Assembly: GCA_037379345.1 (NCBI GenBank)
Contig: CM074511.1
Coordinates: 4,340,001-4,404,000 of the forward strand
Length of the DNA stretch: 64,000 nucleotides
DNA from: Perna viridis
Taxonomy: Eukaryota
Direction: 5' to 3'
Within the stretch, counting starts at the first letter, position 1. Every line of letters starts with the position of its first letter. Positions 48,784 through 60,541 of the stretch are shown one piece after another. The position numbers and the translations under genes were made by a program. The notes under the pieces were generated by a model. That model was not told the origin of the DNA. It saw only the letters and a program-made list of their open reading frames with translations, and did no database searches.

Positions 48784-49446
48784 TTAATAAAAGTAGGAAA
48801 TATTGTCGCGTTTTTCTTCGCATCTTGTTACAAAGATCACAAGAAAAACTATAACGTGTAAACTTTCAGTTCGTGTTCAATAAAAACCTATCCATCAATC
48901 AGATCATATCACCGATTCGAATGGGACCAGAAGAAGAAACCCCTGTCTTGACTTTTACTAACTTAATTTAATGATCACTTAACAGAACATCTGTTGAGCA
49001 ACAAGCACATTGAAATATCACAATATTTAAACATCTTTCTTTTGGGCCTTGATTTTGAATGTCACTGAATTCGTTCGATTCTATTCTCTCATCTTTTGAA
49101 TTGTAAATATGATCAAGTTTACAGTGTTTGCTGGTGTGGGTCTGTGCAATTCATTTGCGCGCATATTAATGGCAACTTGATCTTCTTGGTTCTTGAAAGT
49201 CATTCTGCAACCATCTTTAAAATCTATGATGCATTCTGACTTTAAATTTGTCGACGTATGAAAATTTCGTGACACTTGAAAATCACGAACTGTCAGTGTC
49301 ATGGATAACAAGGTCGTCGACAATACCTGGCCAAATACGGGCATCATTAAGAATATTTTGACGAAAGAATATTGGCTTTAAGAAATGTATCGCATTCGTC
49401 TAAAAGAATATCAAGTGATTTTGGGCGGAAATCAAAAGAGTATAAT

Positions 49447-49995
49447 CTAAGGACAACGATCTGACAGAGAAAATAGACACAAACAACCAAGAACATGAAT
49501 TACAAATATAATACGTACAAAGAAAAAATAAATGAGCAACTCGGGCTCATCTAAAAACAAGGAGCATAGACTAGATGCACAGGCAGGGTAAAAATCCTCT
49601 GCTTTTCCAGAAAACACCCGCCAAGTTGCCAAGAAATGTCACTTTCGGTGCAGACAAAAGAGAGTAATCAAGGGAACCAAGGTTATAGCGGTAATCAAAA
49701 GAATGTAATTCATGGACAAAGAGCAGACTCGGAAAACAGATAAATACAATAAAGAACATAAAATAACCAAAACAGTATATACAAAGCACCATAACCAAAT
49801 GAGCAACTCTGACTACACTTAAAACTGGGACATGGACCAGGTGCACCGGTAGGGTAAGCGTCCTCTGTTTTTCGAGAAACACCCGCCGAGTTGCTCATAA
49901 AAGTCAAGTCCAGGGTAGGCGAAATGGGGAGGAAAACTATGACACATTGAACAAATCAGTTTTCATGATGCAGATAGATACACCGTAACGATCCA
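49447..49995 (-). mobile_element. Two tandem Penelope-like 3' ends
   Basis: 49660-49995 and 49447-49630 both match the ORF end / 3'-UTR in reverse complement. Confidence 0.85.
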
Positions 49996-51187
49996 TTTTG
50001 TTTCGAACTAACATGAAATATACATGTAGGCAGCTTGAGATTTAGACTACAAAAAGTGTACATGAAGTATTTATCAGATAGCAGCGACTGCAAATGAGCC
50101 AAACTCTAAACGAAAAATAATTTAATAAAAAGTGTCCTCGACATTAAATATTTTTTACTTTTGAAAACGTCATTGAACATTCATTTGATTTTAGGGAGAT
50201 CTGGCTAGTTGCGCGTTTACTATGGCGAACTCCAAATTATAATTTTGTGTTGCAGGAACAATATCAGTATCATAATTCAATCTCAATCTTATTGATGAAA
50301 TGTATACTTTAGACAAACATTTATTTTCAACACAATATCTCAAGTCTCGAGATATGATGTGGAGCGATCGGCTTGCCATTAAACGTTTACAACGTGACAT
50401 AACAAGTAAATCGTCTTTTAGTAGCATTGTATGTTCTGTACATGATCACTGAAGGGGACAAAATATCAATACTTTAACATAACCAAAATAGCTACAAAAT
50501 CTTTCAGAATATGTCATTTATTCAAAACTTTATAGTTTGAAAAAATTGTATGTATATAAAACGCACTCAAGTATGTATGCATTCGACCGACATTCGGGTT
50601 GACTTAAAATGTGGAGTTTGTATTCACAATTGCAGTGACAGAGCCTGAAGGGCGTCCGGGGTTTGGAAATCCCATTTTTTGTAAAAGTTTGCTAACTGCA
50701 TGCAAAATTAGGACAAAAACGAGCTATTGATAGCCTTGTATCCCGCCTTTTCTCCGTCCACCCTCCTCTTTTTAATCTCTGGACCCGCCTCTTCTGTCGA
50801 ATTAATCTGCTTATCGAAGCACTCCACATAATATGAAATTCAAAATGTTGTGTTAAATAGTCGATCTACAGTAAAGATATGTACTGTGAAGTAGATATGA
50901 TTTTCATCTGCATTAATTATAAATAATTTCTCCCGTCCTTTACGGTCTGTCACAAAAGGTTCTATTCGGGTGAGTATCGCCGAGTTATGTTCGTTTACGG
51001 CAAGTTCCGACAAATTAGTGGAAATCTCGTAGACGAAACTTAAAATTGATGTTGAAAATAACAATAAATTAAGAATAAAATCTATACAACGAACAGGACA
51101 ATCAAAAGGTTATCATGAATTACCAAAATATAATAACTCATGCCACATCTGAAATCAAAACCATGCTAGTCTAGTCAATCTACCATG

Positions 51188-54100
51188 TCAAATTTTTTTC
51201 TGACATAACGGAAAACCTTTGTAATTGTCACCTGTATCATGCCATCTAAAATCATCCTCTTTATAAAGTGATATGAAGTTTATATTATATTTGTAATCAG
51301 GTTGGACAATAGGATTATTTCCCCAATCAAAGAAACCCATTAGAGATCTTTCATCGAAATACCATATGGTTTCACTTCGGTGGTTTTTGCCCTGAATAAA
51401 GACGAATTGAACTGATTCTAAATTCTGACTCCCTGTAAAATAGAACAATGACTATTAATAGATTGCGTGTAGTACGACGAGGCACTATAAGGTAGTTTTT
51501 GGTATATTTTTTACCAGATATGATTGATTGATTGTTGGGGTTTAACGTCCGAGCAGCAATATTTCAGCTATATTCAGACGATGAACATGAATTGGATGAT
51601 AAAATGAACATGAAATGATGATGACATGAAAAATGGGATGGGAAACAAGGATAATGGGGTCGACAAATTTTGATTGCCACTGGAAATAGGGAGAGATGGG
51701 TATGGTCGGGCAATTTAGCCTCCTGTGGCGGAGCCCTATGGTTCCTAATCCGGGAGAATACCACAGTAGGGTTTTTTAACGTGCGAGGAACGTGGCATCT
51801 TTCCCAACACGGTGCACCACTATGGTTTGCGGTCAGGTTTTCTGTATTATAGCCTGACAACCCCAGCATGTAACACACCAGGGGTACCCCATTCCACCAC
51901 CTGGGGCACACAAGCCAGTTGCTCTGTGGGCAGAGCGCCCTAGCCCCCGGCTAATGTTCTGAGCACTATTTAGTCGCCTTTTACGACAAGCTTAGCGCTG
52001 CTGCAGGCCTATTCTTTTGACACCCGGACCTGCACGGGTATTCTTACCAGATATATTAGGTATTTAAAAAATGAATCATTTTTTAAATACCTTCATGATC
52101 ATTTCCTGGATTACATTCTTTTGATTACCGCTATAACCTTGGTTCCCTTGATTACTCTTTCAATGTTCGTTTCATGTGCATGAATTAACTTTATATTGTT
52201 ATGTGTCCCCTCTCGATTGTTAATGACTGCACTTTGCACGTGTGAATATAGATGTGACACACTTGACTGGCATTAGAATATCTGAGATTTTATTTTATTT
52301 TTTCATTTTACGCATTCTATTTATATTAGTATCATAAAAGCAGATTTTTTAAATTATGATACATAAGCATGATACAAGTGAGAACTGTTGTTGGTCAATA
52401 ATAGAATCATGTTAACTGTGAATATTATTGTATCAAGCGAGAACTAACATGATTTACGTATATTCTAAATTCAATCTTTTTCTTGAAGTACAAGGCCCTG
52501 CCTTTTCAACTTTTTTTCTCAATATAATAGGAGATAACAATATATAACATTACTTATAAATAATGTAACATACGCAGATATTGCCGAATATGGTTATTTA
52601 GGTTGATAGAATCTATGCGAATTAACTCAGTGCCTTCCAAGATACATCTTTTCCTTGATTCGTAATACAAACGACTCGTATCACGATGTAACTTGAAACA
52701 GGTACCAGTAAAAGAATCATATTGGTAACCCAGGTCATTGGGACACTCATCTATAATGGATAAATTTAGGGTTGAACAAATATGGATAGGCAAATTTCAG
52801 TTCAACCAAATTAAATCACCAATATATTTTCAGTTGTGAATTTCGTTAAATGTTTGATACAGACTTCTTAATGACAAACAAAATTATTGTTAAGTCGAAA
52901 CTAGTTATTGTATATAACATTCATAAACCATGAATACATACTGAATATTGCATGTCAAATTCTGTATCACATGCTGCATCAACCCTCGACCTATATCACC
53001 CCGCGGGCCGGTGGTCCTTGGGGTGATATAGGAGTCTTAGGTTGATACCACATGTGATGCAGATTTTAACATGTCATGTTCATTATATCATATATTTTAA
53101 CCATACTTCAAGTATGGTGTGTGAAGGGGTGTGATATAAGGTATGCTATGTATGTCTACGGGTGTGATATAGGGTATGCGATATAGGTCTGAGGGTGTGA
53201 TATAGGGTATGCGATATTGGTCTAAGGGTGTGATATAGGGTATGCGATATAGGGCTAGTGGTGTGATATAGGATATGCAATAAAGGATAGACGATATAGG
53301 GTTTAAACAAACACTTATAATGCATATACAAAAAAGTTATATTTTAATTTAAATATATGATATAAAATTATATAGATGAAAAGAAAATAATATGAGAAAT
53401 AATCATTCTTGATAAAATGTAAGAAGTACAAATGGAAAACGAGGAGTAATAATAAAATAACCGAACTGAAATCTAATCAATAATCAAAGAAAAGTCCGTA
53501 TAACAATTGAAAATACCAGAGTAAAAGTTGAAAACCACAAAAATAGTCCTGATTTGAACAAGCATTTCAAATTGAAAGGTGGGTTAAACCAGGTTTTAGA
53601 GCTCGGTTAAAGCACAGTTTGATATACTATGAACATTGAGCTGCAAGACTTGTATGATATCATTTGATATTATCTGGGTAACACACAAATTTAACGTCCC
53701 AAACAGTTTTTCCTAAGCTTAGCATTGTACAAACGGCCACTGGTTTTCCGGCCATGTAAAATCCCTTGTAGCAGCTGTGACGTATACCATATCCAATCTT
53801 TCTATGAAGACCAAACTGTTCTGTCACATTGGCATTTATCGTCTCCAGTTTTTGTGTGCAATCTACAAGTTTATACATTGCAGTTTATACCTTTCATGGC
53901 GAGATAAATTCAATTTACGAATGACAGTCACAACTCTTAAAGTTTATATCATCCATTTTTATTACGTATGAAAATTAAATTTTAACAAAAAGAACGGGAC
54001 GTGAAAAAAATGGTATAATTTTTTTTTAAAAAAGATTTTTTTATAACGTTATCTCAAGCGAATCTATATACCTACAAGACAATTGACATTTCTTTCTCCC

Positions 54101-54964
54101 TGAATTGTCTATGACGCAGACCTCACCTTCATTGCAGGCGTGGTTTGTGCAGACATCGTGCGATTCCTGTAACAAATGTACATGATAAAAATAAGTTTAA
54201 TTCTTGAATATCGGTAATAACCAAATTAAAAAAGAAAGAAGAACGAGCACACAGTGCATCTGTCACAATAACATTACATTGGTCCATACAAATTTTTATT
54301 GGATGACTTTAGATAATATGAAATGACTAAATTCAAGAAAAGACTTTGAAGTTTGAAAAAAGTAAATGAAAAAAACAAAAACAAAACAAAACAGGCTTGC
54401 CTATTACCTCCGAATATTGACACATTATATGGCGATTCATCCATAAAAGTGTGGGCATTTATGACATTGCTCTTCAGTTTTTATATATCATGCCGTTTAT
54501 ATGCACAAATTGTACATATTGATCCATATTTCTACGGAATTCGTGTGTATACTCAGATCAAGATTTAATTTCCCGTGTATAATATTTTAATCCTAATAAG
54601 TACACAACCATATAAGCCTTACTTCTGGCCATGTAGATATTTTTGTATTCACACAGCCTTGTTCGGGGCTTAAGTGGTTGATACTCCATGTAGGACTATC
54701 AGTGGTCGGTTTGAAGTCCAGGTTAGTCTCACCAACTAAATCACATATGTGCCATTTGTATCTATAGTTGATGGAAAAACAATTTGATGTCCGTCTACAT
54801 TCTCTCAAGCATTGTAGAATGCTAACTTCGAACAACCTTAACAAGACACCAGTTTTTGTACACTTTCCCCAGTTCATATCACCCATCTGCTTCATCATAG
54901 ATTCAACTGACCATAAAAGCAACAATACAAAAATGTACTGTAACACAGTACTGAAAAGATTCAT
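51188..54964 (-). CDS. Lectin paralog 3 (signal peptide, QPD, WHD); exons 54964-54623, 54166-54076, 53862-53674, 52750-52574, 51432-51188; exon-3 donor reads AT instead of GT
   Basis: MNLFSTVLQYIFVLLLLWSVES signal; same domain order and intron phases as paralogs 1 and 2; sushi exon again 189 nt. Confidence 0.82.
51522..52038 (-). mobile_element. SINE-like element, copy D (in last intron of paralog 3)
   Basis: Reverse-complement match to copy A; TSD ttaccagatat at 51511-51521 and 52044-52054. Confidence 0.92.
52951..53073. mobile_element. Short imperfect palindromic (MITE-like) element
   Basis: catgtcaaattctgtatcacatg...cctatatcaccc / gggtgatatagg...catgtgatgcagattttaacatg are reverse complements. 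Confidence 0.65.
53128..53300. repeat. 33-bp tandem repeat (~5 units, ggtgtgatatagggtatgcgatataggtctgag)
   Basis: Units start at 53128, 53161, 53194, 53227, 53260. Confidence 0.85.
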
Positions 54965-55813
54965 TCTTTAAACGAGTAATTTATACAAACAAAATGAACA
55001 TTTCTAATATCAGACCATCTAATATAATGAGAAACTATTAAATTATCAGATCATGGAAGAAAAAAAAATGAGTATATGAATCTTTTCAATATAATAGAAT
55101 TATTTATACATCATAAATAGCCTGATAAATATCTCTTCATCATCACGGCATGTCATTTGTTACAATTTCGAAATGTAATGAAATCCTTAATATCTAGTTT
55201 CTATATGCAGTATTAATATTTCAAGTTCAATTCTCAACTGCGATATATTTTCATGGGAAATGACATGAAACAGGTCTATGTTAGAAATATCTCTCCTTTG
55301 ATATTCAGTACCGAATATGTGAGATGATCAAAATAGATATTTTGATAACTAAGCCGTTAAAGTTGTAATAAACCTTGAAAATATGTTCATCTAATAAAAT
55401 ATTCAACTGGGTTACTAAAGATTATGGAACTTATAACAGTACAGAGAGAATACAACTATCCGTAATAACAAATGTCAGCATACTGTCAACAAGAGAAACC
55501 AAATTTCAATTAGTATGACGTCCTTTAAACACCAAAACAATATATTGCCCACTTTTCTATGCCTGGAGATTTTTAGATGCCAAATAGTCGTTTTTATAAT
55601 ATAAGAATAAAGAAAATCATGTTAGGCATGGTGGTGCGCACGCATGTTGGTCTTTATATTGTTTATATTTGTGTTTTATACCTCACAAACGCTCCGTGTA
55701 AAATACCCAACTCATATGTAAAGAAGTACATATTCATACGCATGAATTATTTATTGTATAACGTTAGTGTTTTCAATAATAGAAACAAACTATTTATGTC
55801 ATGTTGTAAGTAA

Positions 55814-56879
55814 AGGTTACAGACCACCAATTCAACCAATGAGCATTTGGAACGTAGGCAAAAATAGTCCTACGCAGAAATTACCCCTGTTCCTCATAGT
55901 GCTGTGAAAAAAGTTCTCATCTCATTTAAAAAAATTAAACAGTTTCTGAAAGGAAAAACATTTCTGTACATTTTATAGGTGCATTTTGCTTCTTGTGATG
56001 TGAAGCCTAATCTCCATAATGATTTCTAAATATACCCCTATCTTGTGAAAACACTGGGATTTCCCATGCTATTTATAGACACTTCACTTCCGGTGACCAG
56101 TATTGCACTGCAAGTCTGCTAACCCCACATGCCATTCTGAGGATTGTGAGCTGACATATGTAGAATCATGCTGATATATAGTCCTCTGCAGGTTAAAGTT
56201 AAGGTAAAGTCCAGAGAAGCCATTGAATATTGTGAAATTAGCATAGAAGCCTATGGGAAGTGGAATTAGTGGTTTTTAGCCTAAAAAACACCAAACATTA
56301 ATGACGCCATTTTTCAAGGAAAAAAACACCATATGTAAAGAACATATTTTCAATGACAGACTCAAATGTTAATGACATGTTTTAAATAACAAACACCAAA
56401 TGCTAATTACAGGCTAAAAACCACTAATTCCACTTTCCATAGGCTTCTATGCTAATTTCACAATATTCAATGGCTTCTCTGGACTTTACCTTAACTTTAA
56501 CCTGCAGAGGACTATATATCAGCATGATTCTACATATGTCAGCCCACAATCCTCAGAATGGCATGTGGGGTTAGCAGACTTGCAGTGCATTACTGGTCAC
56601 CGGAAGTGAAGGGTCTATAAATAGCATGGGAAATCCCATTGTTTTCACAAGATAGGGGTATATTTAAAAATCATTATGGAGATTAGGCTTCACATCACAA
56701 GAAGCAAAATGCACCTATAAAATACACAGAAATGTTTTTCCTTTCAGAAACTGTTTAATTTTTTTAAATAAGATGAGAACTTTTTTCACAGCACTATGAG
56801 GAACAGGGGTAATTTCTGCGTAGGACTATTTTTGCCTACGTTCCAAATGCTCATTGGTTGAATTGGTGGTCTGTAACCT
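55814..56879. mobile_element. Foldback/MITE-like element: 469-bp near-perfect inverted arms (55814-56282, 56411-56879) around a 128-bp spacer
   Basis: aggttacagaccacc...ggtttttagcct versus aggctaaaaacc...ggtggtctgtaacct, with only scattered mismatches; no clean TSD. Confidence 0.93.
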
Positions 56880-56881
56880 AC

Positions 56882-57145
56882 ATGCTCACCACGAGAACCG
56901 GTTTGTTCAACGTGTCGTAGTTTTCCTTACCTCTTTCGTCTACCCCTGACTTTTTATGTGCAACTTGGTGGGTGTTCCTAGGAAAGCAGAGGACGCTTAC
57001 CCTATTGCTACACCTGGTCCATTCTCCCAGTTTCTCTTTTGTTTTTTTGTACGTACTATTTTGGTTATTTTATGTTCTTTGTTGTGTGTGTGTGTTTATT
57101 TGATTTAATCTCCTCTAGAAACTAGTTTCCCTAGATTATTCTTTC
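56882..57145 (+). mobile_element. Penelope-like 3' end fragment
   Basis: ttgttcaacgtgtcgtag...gcagaggacgcttaccct match to the family 3' end. Confidence 0.75.
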
Positions 57146-57681
57146 AAAAACACGAACTTAATATGAATGACACATATTCAATAACATGATAACAAATACA
57201 AGTTATCAACAAGATATTACAGTAACATATTACAGTAACAGAAACCAATGGCATGTCATTTTTTCAATACCAAGTATTAATCTGGATAACAGATACAAAA
57301 TATTATGATATTGTTTTGTATATCTGAGATTTTTTTCATTAGAATATCCAAGACATATCTTGATAACAGGTGCTTAGTTCCTATCTTAAGAGTTCAATAA
57401 CAGACACTAAATGCCAATGTGATTACTGTCACAAAATTTGCAAGACATATTTCCAATCATATACACCAAACATAATTAGGATTTATCATTTGAATGAGTA
57501 TAGTGCTGATACTTGTTTTTGAAAATCAAATATAAAAAAAAAAGATTAAAATGAGATCGTGAAAAAATAACAACAAAGAAACCAGACCAATGCAACCCTG
57601 TATTGTTTCGTAACTGTTAAGCGGTATTATATTCATATCTTCATGCTGATGCTATAAAGATTTGGCTGCTTCATATAAGAA

Positions 57682-57867
57682 ACAGTCAGAATCTTGAGAA
57701 CATTCACAAGAAATTTCAACTGTCAGAATCTTGAGAACATTCACGTGAAACTTCAAGAGTCAGAATCTTGAGAACATTCACACGAAACTTCGACAGTCAG
57801 AATCTTGAGAACATTCACATGAAACTTAAACAGTCAGAATCTTGAGAACATTCACGTGAATCTTCAA
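57682..57867. repeat. 37-bp tandem repeat x5
   Basis: gtcagaatcttgagaacattcac at 57685, 57722, 57759, 57796, 57833. Confidence 0.92.
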
Positions 57868-58334
57868 GTGCAATCAAACACGAGTTAACAAGTACAAATT
57901 GGAGACAAAAGAAAAAACATGGTAATAAACTGTTGGTAGTTGGAACAATACTCAAAAATGTGTATTAAAACGACACTTTGATGTAATACATCATGAATTG
58001 ATATCTATTGTACTTTTGTATACTTTCCTTTAAAAAAAAACACTACGCACAATTGCCCCATTGGCCACTTCCTTTCCAATGTGGGAGGTCTCCTCAATAA
58101 ATGGATGTCCCAGAGTTGACATAAACATAAGGCATCACAGGCACAAAAGCTGCCATTAATTGAATCACCTCGGTGACCTCCCTTGCTTGCCACAAGTGTA
58201 GAATGTTGTAGTTTATGTTGACGATATCAGAGTAGACATCCTTTTGATCTTCATATTGGTTTAAACAGTGAATTTCTCAAAAGGTCTAGTCAGAGTTGTA
58301 TTTTTTTTCTTGTCAATAATTTTACTGCAAACCA

Positions 58335-58635
58335 TCTTGAGATAAAGGACACTACAGACACTATCAAGTAAGCCTAATATGTTGACCTACACTTAGGGAT
58401 CGATGGAAAACACATGGCCAAACAGTATGACAAACGCGCTGACTTCTCAATCCATATTGCCAACTTTTCTTTCATCTGTGGCAACATTCTTTCAGCACCT
58501 GCTTTTGTTTCTTTGTACGTGTTATTTTGGTTATTTCATGTTATTTGTTATCGGTGTCTATTTTCTCTGTCTGATCCTTTATCCTTGGAATGTGTAATTT
58601 TGATTTTCGCTCGAATTTTGATCACTCTTGTCCCC
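58335..58635 (+). mobile_element. Penelope-like fragment (RT thumb region + partial 3'-UTR)
   Basis: LEIKDTTDT..., YDKRADF...NFSFICGNILSAPA. Confidence 0.75.
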
Positions 58636-60541
58636 CGTGTAAAATCTTTTTTGCATAAAATAAGATAAAAAAAAATCATGTATACACGAAGGAAAAAATA
58701 AAGGATATGATGAAATGCGGCAAATATACCAGCGTATAATACAGATCACGAAAACATGGCAATTATATATTCAGAGATCACGAAAACGTCTTAAACGAGC
58801 GTAAACACGCCTTCAAGTAAGCTCTTGGAAAGGCTCGAAAAGAAAAGTTACTCTAGTATAATCCACGGTAACAGAATAGCAATTCTGCAAAGTCAATTAA
58901 GAAGTAATATAACGACACAGACACTTTATGGCACATTATGATCAACATATCACGACTGTAGACAGGTGCACGAATTTTATCAAATGGTTTAACTAGCTGA
59001 AAGTTTTAATCATCCCTTTCTTTAATGTAAGGTAAAAATAACTGAAACAACAAACACAAAAGTGTCATCCATCTGTTACCGTCGATTTTATTTCTTTTGC
59101 TGTCGGGGCCTTCAAGAGCTTACTTTATGGTGTGTTTGCACTTATTGAAGACCGTTTGGTGATCTATGTATTACTATTGTTTCGCCTTATCTGTCACTTT
59201 TTCTATTAGGAATATTACTATCTAGGAATGGAAAATTAATGATAGGAAAATTAGTCATTCTTTTGTAATAATTTTAGCATAGTTGCCATTTTCTAGTGTA
59301 ATTTCTTAATCAAGAAAAGAAGTATGAGTACTATTATTGTTAGGCAAGATTCTAATTAGATATAAGAAAAGAATATATCCCACTTAAAAAAATAACAAAC
59401 AACTGGTAGCAACAATAACCAACAGAAAGGTATTTGCTACTTGAGTATGTGGATAAGTCACATCTAAAAACCCGACAAATGACAGTATAAGGTAGCAAAC
59501 TTTTGATTTTCTTGGTGGGGAGGGTAGGGATTTTTTCCCTAGATAGCTGTTTTCCCTTTGTAAAAAAAATCAATATTTTTGTTTTTTAGTGATAATTCGA
59601 CATTACTTTTTTTCCTTCAATATATGGGTAATGAGCTGAGAGTAAATAAACAATTTCATTAATACAATGTTTACATTGCTGTAGACCAGCTCTAAAGTTT
59701 AGCCTTACCCAGAATTGATATGGTTATTGCCTAAACAAACATGAAATTGACAATGTAAACAATGAGATGCTAGATTATGATGTCACAAGATCACATTTTT
59801 ATAACTACAGAAAAATAGTATTGGCATTATAGGCAACAATCTGGGTGGTGTATACTCCCTTTAAAGATTTTGCATCAGAGTGGTTTCAATCTATTCCGTG
59901 TTTGTCTGAGTGGTTTCACAATACATGTACCTTGCTTGCCCTAGGTGTTTTCCCATATATATTTCTTTATAATTAGAATACTTGCTAAAGGAAGGGGTAC
60001 ATTTTGTATTAGACTTAAGATCACTTATTGTTTTTATCATATTCTGACATATTGGGTTGGCTTTTGTGGTATATGTGGTGTACATGAGAAAAAAAAAACT
60101 AGTTTTTTGTGCTAAAACCAATTATCACATATTGGATACAAGTTAAGTTTAAGATGGAAGTGTCTTAAGTATTTGTCCCTAGCTCTTTGTCATATTATCT
60201 TATTGAAACAACAAATTTTGTAATAGATACAAATACTTGTAAGTAGACTAATACAAAAAAAAACTCTTTAAAATTTTTTTTCAAGTTATTTTTTCTTGTT
60301 GACAATGTATTATTTATGAGACATAATAGTATAACAAGTTCTTTATACATAATTTTTATCAAGTGTGAAACCACTCAACTTTAAGTTGTACTGCAGACAC
60401 AAAATTTGAATGGACGGGCAGACAGAAAAGCTGATTACTGTTAGGTAAAAGTCTGTGGGATCCTAAGAAATTAGAGAATATTTGAAGAAGTTTTAATTGC
60501 TATAATATAGGTTTTTTTTTGCAGTCAGTTGTTCTGATGTC

